Shown: positions 19,046 through 28,309 of the stretch, piece by piece
Layout of the letters: each line of letters begins with the position of its first letter
Position numbering within the stretch: the first letter of the stretch is position 1
Origin: Deltaproteobacteria bacterium
GTDB taxonomy: Bacteria; Myxococcota_A; UBA9160; SMWR01
DNA length: 50,888 bases
Direction of reading: 5' to 3'
Assembly (NCBI GenBank): GCA_032128115.1
Contig: JAQBHB010000099.1
Coordinates: 1 to 50,888, forward strand
The notes under the pieces: model-generated
Told to the model about the DNA's origin: nothing
The model's database searches: none
What the model saw: the letters and a program-made list of their open reading frames with translations, nothing else
Made by a program: the position numbers and the translations under genes

Positions 19046-20437
19046 CTAGGGCGCCGTTTCAGGGGCCCGCGCATGCAGCGACGTGGCGTCCTGGTCCTTG
19101 CGCAGACGCTCGAAGTACGTCCAGCTCTTGAGCACCTCGAGCGCGCGGGCCAGCTGTCCGTCGGAGCCCGCGGGGCCTTCGGCCGCAGGCTCGCCCTCGG
19201 ACGATCCGGCTTCCGGGTTCGCATCTTCCTGGGTGAAGTGACCCTCGAGATCCTGCTCGCGGATCCTGCGCGGGCCCGCGGCATCTTCTTCGCCGTTGGT
19301 CGTCTTGGCCTGGACCACGATGTCCGGTGAGATTCCCACCTCCTGGATCGAGCGCCCCGCCGGCGTGTAGTAGAGGGCCGTGGTCAGGCGCAGCGCGCGA
19401 CCACCCTCCAGCGGAAACACGGTCTGGACGGAACCCTTGCCGAACGTCTTCACGCCGATCACCAGGGCGCGCTTCTGATCCTGCAGGGCGCCGGCCACGA
19501 TCTCGGAAGCGCTCGCCGTGCCCTCGTTCACCAGGATGGTGATGGGATAGCTCGACTCCGTTCCCTCGCGATGGGCCCGAAACTCCTGGCGCTGACTCTC
19601 CACGCGGCCCTGGGTGTAGACCACGAGGCCGTCGTCGAGCCACACGTCCGCCACCTTCACGGCCTGGTCCAGCAGCCCGCCCGGGTTGTCGCGCATGTCG
19701 ATCACGAGCCCGTCGAGCGGACCGCCCGCCTCCTCGTGGAGCCTCTCCAGCGCACTCTCCAGGTCCTGGATCGTCCGCTCCTGGAAGGCGCGGAGCCGCA
19801 CGTAGCCGTAGCCCGGCTCGAGCATGCGGCCGCTCACCGAGACGACCTTCACCACGTCGCGCACGATGGTGAAGGGCTGGGGCTTGTCGAATCCGTCGCG
19901 ATAGATGTCGATGGTGATCTTGGTGCCCTTCTTGCCACGCATCAGATTCACGGCATCGAACAGCGTCATGCCCTTGGTGGTGCGGCAGTCCTCGGTCCAG
20001 TCTTCGGGCACTTCCGTGGGGCAGATGGCGACGATCTGGTCGCGCGGACGGATTCCGACGCCAGCGGCCGGCGTGCCCTCGATGGGCGACACCACCTCGA
20101 TGTAGCCGTCCCGGCGCTTGGTGATCTCGATGCCCAGGCCGTGGAACTCGCCCTTGGTGTCGACCTGCATCTCCTCGTAGGCGTCGTTGTCCAGGTACGA
20201 AGAGTGGGGGTCGAGCTCCTGCAGCATCCCGTTCACGGCACCCTTGAGCAGGTCCTTCTCATCCACCGGCTCCACATAGTGGCGGCGCACGTGGGTGAGC
20301 ACGCTGGTGAACAGGCTCAGGTCCTCGTAGTCCGTGGCCGCGAAGCTGCCGACCGTGCCGCCGACCACGCCCGCGACAGCCGAAACCACGACTCCGGCCA
20401 GGAATACGATGAGAATGGAAAACTTGTTGCGCCGCAT
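19046..20437 (-). CDS. ctpA: Carboxyl-terminal processing protease, S41A family
   Basis: LDPHSSY, PDZ GLGIEI, DMRDNPGG, ASASEI (catalytic Ser), TFGKGSVQ, TTALYYTP. Confidence 0.92.
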   Translation of the reverse strand: MRRNKFSILIVFLAGVVVSAVAGVVGGTVGSFAATDYEDLSLFTSVLTHVRRHYVEPVDEKDLLKGAVNGMLQELDPHSSYLDNDAYEEMQVDTKGEFHGLGIEITKRRDGYIEVVSPIEGTPAAGVGIRPRDQIVAICPTEVPEDWTEDCRTTKGMTLFDAVNLMRGKKGTKITIDIYRDGFDKPQPFTIVRDVVKVVSVSGRMLEPGYGYVRLRAFQERTIQDLESALERLHEEAGGPLDGLVIDMRDNPGGLLDQAVKVADVWLDDGLVVYTQGRVESQRQEFRAHREGTESSYPITILVNEGTASASEIVAGALQDQKRALVIGVKTFGKGSVQTVFPLEGGRALRLTTALYYTPAGRSIQEVGISPDIVVQAKTTNGEEDAAGPRRIREQDLEGHFTQEDANPEAGSSEGEPAAEGPAGSDGQLARALEVLKSWTYFERLRKDQDATSLHARAPETAP

Positions 20438-20601
20438 GGATTTTGACCTACTTCCCACTGATGACCTGCGCATTTGCGCGTCCGGTTCCGGAAGGCCCGC
20501 GGGGGCCACCTCTCGAATTCGGCGACTCGCGCCGGCCTCTTGAAGACATTGGGCATTCTAACGCCCCCCCAACCCGATGACCCCATCGGAATCCGGGGAG
20601 A

Positions 20602-21753
20602 TCAATCCGATCGGAGCCAGCGCCGCGGATTCAGCGATTTCTTGCCCCGGCGCACCTCGAAGTAGAGCCGGGGACCCGCCAGCGAGCCGGTATCGCCCGC
20701 CGAACCCAGCACGTGTCGCGAGGCGACGGCCTGCCCCACCTCCACCCCGATGTCGTCCAGGTGGCCGTAGACCGTGAAGTAGCGGTCGCCGTGGTCGAGG
20801 ATCAGCAGCCGCCCGTAGCCCCGGAACCAGCCCGCAAAGGCCACGTGACCCGCAGCCACGGCCCGCACCTCCATCCCGCGGGGCGCCTCGAAATCCACGC
20901 CCTTCCGGAAGGTCTCGGTATTGAACTCGCTGTCCACCACCCGCCCGAAGTCGCCCACGATGGGCGCCTCCACCGGCGGATCCAGCGTGCCGCGCAGCGT
21001 GTCGAAGGCCGCCGCGCCGATGATTGCGGGGGCGTCGGGCACATCGCGAAGCCGATCCAGGGTCTCCTCCAGTCCGCGGGCCGCCGTCTCGAGCTCCACC
21101 AGTGCGCCGCGTTCGGCGCTGCGGCTCTCGTGCAGGCGGGCCGCCAGCCGCCGCTTGGCGTTCCGCTCTGCAGCGAGCTCCTGGGAGCGCTGGCGCAATC
21201 GCTCGGCTGCCGCCTCATGGCGGACGGACGCCTCGCGGGCCTCGGAACGCGCGCGCGCCAGGGCCGCCTCCTGGCGGCGATGGCGCGCCAGCAGTTCCAC
21301 ATCGTGGCTCAGCAGCAGCCGCAGGGCGTAGACCCGCGACAGGAAGTCGCGCACGCCCTTGGCCGAAAACAACATGGGCAGGGCGCCCCGGTCGCCCGCC
21401 CGGTAGAGCGCTACCGCTCGACGACTCATGGTGCGCTTCGTCATCTCGAGGGCGACGGCCAGCTCCTGCGCCTCGGCCTCCACGGCCACCAGCTTGACGC
21501 GCTCCTCCTCCGCGCGTGCGGCTGCGCGCGCCACGGCAGTGGTCAGGGCCACGGCAGATCGGTCCAGGGCCTCCACCGCCGCGAGCAGACCGCGCTGCTC
21601 CAACTCGTAGGCCGACACGCGCTGGCGGCTGTCTTCGATGGCCGCCCGCAGATGCTCGAGATCGTCTTCGCGGTCCGTCGCGGCACTCGATCCGGCGAGC
21701 GCGAGCAGTCCGATACCGGCGAGCCGGGCCACGGGCCTGCCGGGGAGTCTCAC
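20602..21753 (-). CDS. envC: Murein hydrolase activator, EnvC family (coiled coil + M23-like domain)
   Basis: Signal peptide, long coiled coil, KGVDF...AGWFRGYG...ILDHG...LYFEVR with degenerate M23 metal site; follows ftsX with GTGA overlap. Confidence 0.85.
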   Translation of the reverse strand: MRLPGRPVARLAGIGLLALAGSSAATDREDDLEHLRAAIEDSRQRVSAYELEQRGLLAAVEALDRSAVALTTAVARAAARAEEERVKLVAVEAEAQELAVALEMTKRTMSRRAVALYRAGDRGALPMLFSAKGVRDFLSRVYALRLLLSHDVELLARHRRQEAALARARSEAREASVRHEAAAERLRQRSQELAAERNAKRRLAARLHESRSAERGALVELETAARGLEETLDRLRDVPDAPAIIGAAAFDTLRGTLDPPVEAPIVGDFGRVVDSEFNTETFRKGVDFEAPRGMEVRAVAAGHVAFAGWFRGYGRLLILDHGDRYFTVYGHLDDIGVEVGQAVASRHVLGSAGDTGSLAGPRLYFEVRRGKKSLNPRRWLRSD

Positions 21754-22655
21754 GACTTCCACCCAGCCGCCAGGGCGGCGCATGACCCGGCGAGCCCCAG
21801 CCCCGCGCCGGTCGACACCAGCGCAAGCGCTTCGCCGCTGGTGAAGAAGCGCGGCTGCGATCCGCCAAGCACGAATTCGAGCCCGAACGCGAAGCCCGGC
21901 AACACCAGATGGAACAGACCCAGCAGCAGGGCCAGGGCCAGGGCTCCGCCGGCCGCGCCCTGGATCAACCCCTCGAGAAGAAACGGCGTCGAAACGAAGC
22001 CCCGGCTGGCGCCCACCAGCGACAGGATCTCCAGCTCGTCGCGACGCGAGAAGATGGCCAATCGGATCGTGTTGCCCACGATCAACAAGGTGGCGACGGC
22101 CAGGATCGCGCCCAGGCCCACGCCCACGCCGCGCACCAGCGCCACCGCTCGCAGATAGCCCTCCACCCACGTCTGGCCCGACGCCAGATCGGTGATGCCC
22201 GGCAGACCCTCGACGGACTCCACCACCACGGCGAGTCCCTCCTGGGACCGGCGCTCGGGCACGAGAACGATTTCCAGAGACGCGGGCAGGGGGTTCTCGC
22301 CCAGTCCCTCGAGGAGTGCCGCGCCGCGGCCCACCCCGGATCGGAAGCGCTCGAGGGCCTCGTCCTTGCTCACCAGGCGGACGCTCTCCACGCCCTCGAC
22401 GCTGCCGATCAGCGCGCGGAGTTCCTGTTGGTCGCCCGCCGAGAGTCCATCTTCCAGATAGGCGGCCACGTGGAGTTCGTCGCCGAATCCCGTCAGCAGG
22501 TCCTCCATGTTCCAGAGCAACAGGCCGAACGCGCCCACCAGCATCAGCGTGACCCCGATCGTCACGGCGGCGATCGCGCTGGGGAGTGGACTCGCGCGCA
22601 GACCGTGCAGCGCCGTGCGCACGAAGTACGCCATGCGGGCGCCCCATCGCTTCAC
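21750..22655 (-). CDS. ftsX: Cell division permease-like protein FtsX
   Basis: VSKDEAL, ENPLPASL, GNTIRLAIFSRRDELEILSLVGAS...PFLLEG. Confidence 0.93.
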   Translation of the reverse strand: MKRWGARMAYFVRTALHGLRASPLPSAIAAVTIGVTLMLVGAFGLLLWNMEDLLTGFGDELHVAAYLEDGLSAGDQQELRALIGSVEGVESVRLVSKDEALERFRSGVGRGAALLEGLGENPLPASLEIVLVPERRSQEGLAVVVESVEGLPGITDLASGQTWVEGYLRAVALVRGVGVGLGAILAVATLLIVGNTIRLAIFSRRDELEILSLVGASRGFVSTPFLLEGLIQGAAGGALALALLLGLFHLVLPGFAFGLEFVLGGSQPRFFTSGEALALVSTGAGLGLAGSCAALAAGWKS

Positions 22656-23419
22656 GCCCGACCTCCCGGTGGCGCCGAGTCTTCCACGACGCCACCGCCC
22701 TCCAGGCGCACGATCCGCTTGCCGTAGCGCGCCACCAATCCCAGCTCGTGGGTGGCCACGATCACCGTGGTGCCGCGGGTCGCCGTGCTGGCGATCAGGT
22801 CCATGATGTCCAGGGTGAGGTCCGGGTCCAGGTTTCCCGTGGGCTCGTCGGCAAGCAACACCTCGGGCTCGTTCACCAGGGCCCGGGCGATGGCCACGCG
22901 TTGCTGCTCGCCGCCCGAAAGGGACAGCGGGTGGTGATAGCGCCGGTGCTGCAGACCCAGCTGTTTGAGGATCGCGAACACGCGGGCGCGGATCGTGCGT
23001 CGAGGGGTGCCCACCACCTCCAGTGAAAGCGAGACGTTCTCCTCCACCGTGCGGCGCGGCAGCAGCTTGAAATCCTGGAAGACCACGCCCACGTGGCGGC
23101 GCAGGCTGGGAATCGCCGATTCACCCAGGCGCGCGATGTTGCGCCCGAGCACCACGATCTGCCCCTCGCTGGGACGCTCGGCCGCAAACAGGAGCTTGAG
23201 CAGGGTGGTCTTGCCGGCGCCGCTCGGGCCGGTGAGGAACACGAACTCCCCCTTGCGAAACTCCAGGCTCACGTCGCGAAGGGCGTAGGTCCCGCCGCTG
23301 TAGGACTTGGACACGTGGTACATGCGGATGGCCGCTTCGCCGCGAGACTCGGGGGCCTGGGGCGCGGCGCTCCGACGGGATCGGAGCCAGGGGGAACGCC
23401 TTCGGTCGGCCCCCGTCAC
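22652..23419 (-). CDS. ftsE: Cell division ATP-binding protein FtsE
   Basis: GEFVFLTGPSGAGKTT, GVVFQDFKLL, LSGGEQQR, ADEPTGNLD. Start taken at the GTG overlapping the upstream stop; the exact start is uncertain. Confidence 0.9.
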   Translation of the reverse strand: MTGADRRRSPWLRSRRSAAPQAPESRGEAAIRMYHVSKSYSGGTYALRDVSLEFRKGEFVFLTGPSGAGKTTLLKLLFAAERPSEGQIVVLGRNIARLGESAIPSLRRHVGVVFQDFKLLPRRTVEENVSLSLEVVGTPRRTIRARVFAILKQLGLQHRRYHHPLSLSGGEQQRVAIARALVNEPEVLLADEPTGNLDPDLTLDIMDLIASTATRGTTVIVATHELGLVARYGKRIVRLEGGGVVEDSAPPGGRA

Positions 23420-23853
23420 TCTTTCGATCGCCGGCCCGATGCGGGTCGACCACGCGACTTCTGGACCAGGTAGTCGAGGATGGCTTCGTCGAGAGGCTTC
23501 TCCCCCGGCGTAGTAGCGACCCGATCCGGCGGGTCGGGCACCGGCGCATTCAGCACGGTCGCTTCGGCGGTGGTGGCGGCATGGTCCAGGCGTTCGGCGA
23601 TCACCGCGTCGAAGCCGCCGTTCTTCAGCTTCCGCAAGATATCCTTGTGCTGGCGCTCCATCAGCGCCCGCACCTGGATCTCGAGATCCTCCGTCCCCAC
23701 GCGTTCGGCGTAGTCGCTCTTCTGGGAGCCGAGAATCGAACCTTCGTAGTACAGGTGACTGATCACGTGCGGATGGTTGAGACCACTGTCCTCGGTCTGG
23801 ACGTGGAACATGCGCCCGCGATAGCGGGCGTTCGTGTTGAACCCGACGATCAT
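23416..23853 (-). CDS. Conserved-looking hypothetical protein
   Basis: MIVGFNTNARYRGRMFHVQTEDSG...HVISHLY...MERQHK; protein-like composition; stop overlaps the ftsE start. Confidence 0.8.
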   Translation of the reverse strand: MIVGFNTNARYRGRMFHVQTEDSGLNHPHVISHLYYEGSILGSQKSDYAERVGTEDLEIQVRALMERQHKDILRKLKNGGFDAVIAERLDHAATTAEATVLNAPVPDPPDRVATTPGEKPLDEAILDYLVQKSRGRPASGRRSKE

Positions 23854-23889
23854 CCCGCGCTCTCACCCCTGCGCCGCAAAGCGGCGTCG

Positions 23890-23918
23890 AGTCTCCCCTT
23901 CCGGACACAGGTTGTAAA
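23890..23918 (-). promoter_or_regulatory. Candidate sigma70 promoter for the hypothetical-ftsEX-envC operon
   Basis: TTTACA-17 bp-GAGACT on the minus strand, about 36 bp upstream of ATG 23853. Confidence 0.4.
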
Positions 23919-24025
23919 GCGAGCCGCCCCGAACCGGAGCGGGCCACCCCCGCACGGAAAATCGGCTGTCCCGGTGTGGATCTGTACGTCCGCGACCGGG
24001 AACCCGGCGTTCGCAGGAATCCGGT

Positions 24026-24051
24026 GGCCCCCCCCCCCCCCGGGGGGGGCC
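24026..24051 (-). terminator. GC hairpin (C14/G8 runs) just after the DUF4097 stop
   Basis: GGCC-C..C-G..G-GGCC inverted repeat 5 bp downstream of stop 24057; no U-tract. Confidence 0.35.
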
Positions 24052-24056
24052 GATTC

Positions 24057-24932
24057 TCAGCGCTCGCGGATGCGGATGTCGCCGCCCGAGGTGCGCAGGG
24101 TCAGGGGCGCCCCGCCCCCGTTGATCTCACCCCGCACGTGTCCCGGATCGAGGGCGCCGCGCAGGCTGATGCCGTGCTCCACCTCGACCTTCCCGCCGCT
24201 GGTCTTGGCGTCCAGTTCGGTTCCCGCGTCGGTGGGGAACTCCACCTCGATGCTGCCCCCCGAGGTCTCCAGGTGCCCCGCCGGCGCCTCGGTGAAGCGC
24301 ACGTCGATGCCGCCGCCACTGGTGCGCAGGTCGACGCGACCTCTCACGTCATGGATCGTGATGGGGCCCCCGCTGGTGCGAGCGTCCACGTCGCCCGTCA
24401 CTTCGCTGGCCTGGATGCGGCCTCCGGACGTTCGCATGGTCAGATCGCCGCGCACGTCCTTGGCGTCGATCCAGCCGCCGGAAGTCTCCAGGTCCACCGA
24501 ACCCTCGACCTCGTCGATCTCGATATTGCCGCCACTCGTGTGCGCGGTGACGTCGCCGCGCACATCCGACACGTCCAGCTTGCCGCCGTGGGTGCGAATC
24601 TCCAGGCCATAGCGCTCCGGTACGCGCACGCGCACGCGGATCTTCGGACCGCGGAAGGCCCCGAGCCAACCGCTGAAGTCGGCGGAGAGCTTCACATCGG
24701 TGCCGTCGCCTGTGAGCTCGAAATCGGCGGAGCGCGCGCCCATGCCCTCCACGCTGGCGTCGACCCGCACCTCGTATTCGCCGTGGGTCTCCACCTCCAC
24801 CGAGCCGCCGTCGAGATCCACGCGCAGGGTCCCGCCGGGACGCGCTTCGATGCTTTCCTCGAAATCCCGGGCTCCCGCGGCGATCGGAAGGCCGACCACG
24901 AGAAGTACCCACGCTGCCCATCGCCCCATCAT
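24057..24932 (-). CDS. DUF4097 (putative adhesin) beta-strand repeat protein, secreted
   Basis: Signal peptide; repeated TSGGxI motifs; ends GEINGGGAPLTLRTSGGDIRI. Confidence 0.85.
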   Translation of the reverse strand: MMGRWAAWVLLVVGLPIAAGARDFEESIEARPGGTLRVDLDGGSVEVETHGEYEVRVDASVEGMGARSADFELTGDGTDVKLSADFSGWLGAFRGPKIRVRVRVPERYGLEIRTHGGKLDVSDVRGDVTAHTSGGNIEIDEVEGSVDLETSGGWIDAKDVRGDLTMRTSGGRIQASEVTGDVDARTSGGPITIHDVRGRVDLRTSGGGIDVRFTEAPAGHLETSGGSIEVEFPTDAGTELDAKTSGGKVEVEHGISLRGALDPGHVRGEINGGGAPLTLRTSGGDIRIRER

Positions 24933-24966
24933 GGCGTCCGTCCCATCTCGTCTCCGGTCGCGCGGC

Positions 24967-25923
24967 TCATCGTCGACTCAGGTGCACGACACCGCGCGCC
25001 GTGTACAAACGCAGGGGCGCGCCGCCCCCGTTCAGGCGCCCGGACACGTGGTTCTCGTCCGTGTTTCCCGCGACGCTGAGCCCGGCCCCGATCTCCACGT
25101 TCCCGCGGCGGCTGACTGCTTCCAGATCCGCACCGGCGCCGGCGGGAATCACCACCTGCACCGAACCGCGGCTGGTCTCCAGATCGCCCTCGGGCGCCGC
25201 CGCGAAGCTCACGAACACCCCGCCGCGCTCGGTCTTGGCTTCCAGGCGACCGCGCATCTGCTCGGCTTCGATCTCACCCCGGTCGGAACGAGCTTCCACC
25301 TTGCCGTCCACGTGGGCGAGTGCGATGGCGCCTCTGCCGGTGCGCACCTGTACGTCGCCCTCCACCCAGCGCACGTCGATGTCTCCGTAGAACGCCCGCG
25401 CCTCCACATCGCCCTGCACTTCCGACACGCGGATGGGGCCGTTGGCCGTGCGCAGCTTGATCTTCCCCGCGGCTCCCACCACGTCGATGGCCGCATCGCC
25501 GGTGCGCGCCCGCACGGCGCCGGTCATATCCTCGATCCGGATCGGCCCGGCAGTGCAGCGCAGATCCAGATCGAACTCCCGGGGCACGCGCACCCGGAGC
25601 CGGATCTGGGGTCCCCCGAACATCCACGAGAACGCTCCCTCCACGCGGCCCTGGATGCTCACGGTTCGGCCCTTCTCGTCCACGCGAAAGCGCACGCCCG
25701 ACGCACCCCAACCCGTGGCCTCGGCCACGATCCACACCTCGTTGGAATCATGCGACACCACCTCGAGAGAGCCCGGGTCCGGACGCAGCCCGCTGCCCAG
25801 GTCGAGATCGACCTCCAGGCGCCCCCCGGATTCCGCCGGGATGCGCTCCTCCATGCCGTCGCCGCGTTCGCAGGCGGACAGCAGCATGGCAATCAGGAAC
25901 AGCCCGATCCGCAGTCGTATCAA
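24967..25923 (-). CDS. DUF4097 beta-strand repeat lipoprotein
   Basis: TTG start with GGAGG RBS; lipobox LSAC; TxxGxI repeats; ends GRLNGGGAPLRLYTARG; paralogous to the downstream gene. Confidence 0.82.
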   Translation of the reverse strand: MIRLRIGLFLIAMLLSACERGDGMEERIPAESGGRLEVDLDLGSGLRPDPGSLEVVSHDSNEVWIVAEATGWGASGVRFRVDEKGRTVSIQGRVEGAFSWMFGGPQIRLRVRVPREFDLDLRCTAGPIRIEDMTGAVRARTGDAAIDVVGAAGKIKLRTANGPIRVSEVQGDVEARAFYGDIDVRWVEGDVQVRTGRGAIALAHVDGKVEARSDRGEIEAEQMRGRLEAKTERGGVFVSFAAAPEGDLETSRGSVQVVIPAGAGADLEAVSRRGNVEIGAGLSVAGNTDENHVSGRLNGGGAPLRLYTARGVVHLSRR

Positions 25924-25958
25924 CGACGACCCCTCCACTCGCGGACGGTACTCGATAG

Positions 25959-25974
25959 AGCAAGCGCCGTGCCG
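25959..25974 (-). promoter_or_regulatory. Sigma54 -24/-12 promoter
   Basis: CGGCAC-GGCGC-TTGCT, 35 bp upstream of the DUF4097 lipoprotein start. Confidence 0.7.
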
Positions 25975-26062
25975 CTCGCGGAGCGGCAGAGGCGCCCCGC
26001 GGGCGCACTGGCGCAGGAGCGCCGCTGCACGTGCGCAGCACGGGGATTGCGGTGAATTCGAT

Positions 26063-26470
26063 TCAGGCGACCGGCGCTGCCTGCGCCGGCATTTCATCGG
26101 GTCGCGTAAACCACCAGGCCCACGCGATCAGCAGCCCCTGGATGGGCAGCCGCACCCAGTTCCAGATCCCGAGGCCCTGCTCCGCATCTCCCAGGGGAAT
26201 GTCGTGGAGCGCGATGTGGAGGTTCGCCGGAAACACGGCGATGAAGAGCGCGATCAGGCCCCAGGCCGCGAGACGTCTCAGGCGGGGCACGAGCACCGCG
26301 ATGCCCAGCGCAATCTCTGCCGCGCCCGAGAGATACACGAGCTCCCGGTGGAGCGGCAGATACGGCGGCATCATCGGCAGGTAGAACCCGGGATCGGTGA
26401 AGTGCGCGGTGCCGGCCCCCAGCATGCCCAGGCCCAACAAACCAAGAGCGACGATTCGCACCGGATGCAT
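26063..26470 (-). CDS. DoxX-like membrane protein
   Basis: AGTAHF...MMPPYLP...LVYLSGAAEIALG...AVFPANL...RLPIQ; four TM segments. Confidence 0.85.
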   Translation of the reverse strand: MHPVRIVALGLLGLGMLGAGTAHFTDPGFYLPMMPPYLPLHRELVYLSGAAEIALGIAVLVPRLRRLAAWGLIALFIAVFPANLHIALHDIPLGDAEQGLGIWNWVRLPIQGLLIAWAWWFTRPDEMPAQAAPVA

Positions 26471-26573
26471 GGCCCATACTACTCCGGCGGACGGAGCCCC
26501 GATGCACGATTGCACCGGGGCTCCTGGCGGCGGTCGATCGGGGGGGAAGGAATCCGCCGCCGAGGAAAACGAG

Positions 26574-27206
26574 CTAGGAGCGCCGTCGGCGCGCATGCGC
26601 CAGACCCGCGAGACCGCAGGCCACGAGGATCGAAGTCGCCGGCTCGGGAACCACGAGCAGCGCGCTGCCCGGACTGGGAAGCATCTGGACCCCGAAGTCG
26701 GCGGCGTTGTCCCCCGTATCCACATTGGCAAAGAAGCGGGCCAGGCTCGCACCGGCCGGTGCGTCGGGTGCGGGGAATCCCTCGCCGGCAAAGACGTCGG
26801 AAGCCGAGAAGACGCCGTATCCCAGCGCATCGACGATCGTGTCGCCGAATCGCAGCACGATCGAATCCGGCCCGTTCTGGAAATCGAAGTCCGCGAGCCA
26901 ATCCGTCTCCGACACGAACGACGTTCCGTCGGCCAGCGAATCTGCCACCACGAACAAGCCGTCGAGCCCGATCGATCCACCCAGCACAACGCTCGGCCCC
27001 ACGGCCCCGTTGGCACCGTTCACCCCATCCAGCACGTAGCCCTCGAGACTTGCGCCCGGCACTCCAAAGATCTCCACGAACGTATGGCCATCGTCGGACC
27101 CGGCCGCGTCGTAGAAGACCTCCGAGATCAGCGGCAGCGCGCTGGCCGGCATCCCTGCGGTCGCGAGCGCAAAGCCAAGTCCACACAGCACGAGCGGAAT
27201 TCGCAT
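26574..27206 (-). CDS. Lamin-tail-domain protein with PEP-CTERM sorting signal
   Basis: Signal peptide; LISEVFYD...FVEIF, QNGPDSIVL, VDALGYG, SLAR...DTGDNAADF, PSPG; C-terminus VPEPATSILVACGLAGLAHARRRRS. Confidence 0.88.
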   Translation of the reverse strand: MRIPLVLCGLGFALATAGMPASALPLISEVFYDAAGSDDGHTFVEIFGVPGASLEGYVLDGVNGANGAVGPSVVLGGSIGLDGLFVVADSLADGTSFVSETDWLADFDFQNGPDSIVLRFGDTIVDALGYGVFSASDVFAGEGFPAPDAPAGASLARFFANVDTGDNAADFGVQMLPSPGSALLVVPEPATSILVACGLAGLAHARRRRS

Positions 27207-27244
27207 CCTGCCCTCCTCGCTTCGGGGCGAATCCCCGCGAGAGG

Positions 27245-27260
27245 AGCAAGCGCCGTGCCA
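27245..27260 (-). promoter_or_regulatory. Sigma54 -24/-12 promoter
   Basis: TGGCAC-GGCGC-TTGCT, a perfect consensus upstream of the PEP-CTERM gene. Confidence 0.8.
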
Positions 27261-27320
27261 CACCCGGACCTCGCGCCAAGTCCGCAACCGGAAAGGGGTT
27301 CGAGCGGATCCACCGGTGCC

Positions 27321-27340
27321 CTGTGACCGGACGGCCACAG
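27321..27340. promoter_or_regulatory. Candidate enhancer-binding-protein site
   Basis: CTGTG-N10-CACAG palindrome about 60 bp upstream of the sigma54 site. Confidence 0.45.
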
Positions 27341-27390
27341 ATCGGCCGCGCATCCCACGACACGCCCGAACCTGTTTCGTAGACGAGCCT

Positions 27391-27771
27391 CTAGCAGCCC
27401 GATCTGCAGGGCGCGCAGGGGAAGTCCCCCTGGAGGCTGGCAAAGACGGCGGCCCGCGGATCGATGCCGCGCATCTCGAGGCGACGTCGCCCCGCCACCG
27501 GGCTCGGGCCGTGCTCGATCACGATGCCCGAACAGCACTCGCGCTCGAGGGCGACGAGCCGGTCGAGCTTCGCCACAAGGCCCGGAGCTTCCTCGAGCTC
27601 CCAGGCGATGCCATCGGGGCTCGGCTCGCTGGCGACGGCGTGGGGCAGGATCTCGGCTCGGATCCATGCGAGTCGCTCTTCCAATCCGCCGGCCGAGAGC
27701 GTGCAGACCGCGAGCGGATCGACGCCGGCCTCGCTCACTGTCGGATCGCCTGGGGTCGACTCGCTATTCAT
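27391..27771 (-). CDS. Small Cys-containing protein (CTL...ExxCC), MerR-associated type
   Basis: AVCTLS...LVALERECCS...CAPCRSGC; AGGAG RBS; lies directly behind a MerR-type promoter. Confidence 0.75.
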   Translation of the reverse strand: MNSESTPGDPTVSEAGVDPLAVCTLSAGGLEERLAWIRAEILPHAVASEPSPDGIAWELEEAPGLVAKLDRLVALERECCSGIVIEHGPSPVAGRRRLEMRGIDPRAAVFASLQGDFPCAPCRSGC

Positions 27772-27823
27772 GGCATTCCACTCCTGTTCCCGGTCGGGTT
27801 TCGAAGGCTTCGAGCCTGGGCGG

Positions 27824-27854
27824 AGTCTAGAACTTGAAGTGCACTTCAAGTCAA
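27824..27854 (-). promoter_or_regulatory. MerR/SoxR-type promoter-operator
   Basis: TTGACT-19 bp-TAGACT with the perfect 20-bp palindrome ACTTGAAGTGCACTTCAAGT (27832-27851). Confidence 0.9.
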
Positions 27855-28261
27855 GGGCCGACCTGGCGGTGTGGCCGGCCCCGGATCGCCCGCGCGCACG
27901 CCTCGAGCGTTGGGCACTCGCAGCCCGTCACGGCCTCGAGCACGCGCTTCATCCGCTCGACCTCGGCCATGCGCACGTCCAGCTCGGCCAGCTTGCGATC
28001 GGCCAGCTTCCGCCAACGCTGCCCAGGCCTGGTGCGCCGAGCGAAACCGGATAGGAGCATCTTGATCTCGGCCACCGTGAATCCAGCGGCCTTCGCCACG
28101 GCGATCAGGGCCAGGCGGTCGAGGATGTCCTCGCCGTAGACGCGCTTGCCTCCGCGCCGATCCGCCACGGGGATCAATTTCTCGCGCTCGTAGTACCGGA
28201 GTGCGGACGCGGCCACGCCCGAGCGCTCTGCCACTTCGCCGATGGTCAACATCCGCGGCAT
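27851..28261 (-). CDS. MerR family regulator, SoxR-like
   Basis: LTIGEVAERSGVAASALRYYE, AKAAGFTVAEI, RWRKLA, C-terminal CECPTLEAC. Start is ATG 28261 or 28252. Confidence 0.9.
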   Translation of the reverse strand: MPRMLTIGEVAERSGVAASALRYYEREKLIPVADRRGGKRVYGEDILDRLALIAVAKAAGFTVAEIKMLLSGFARRTRPGQRWRKLADRKLAELDVRMAEVERMKRVLEAVTGCECPTLEACARAIRGRPHRQVGP

Positions 28262-28309
28262 GCTAGCGATCATGAAGCAAGGCACATCCACCGGCAACTC
28301 GTGGCAGCG

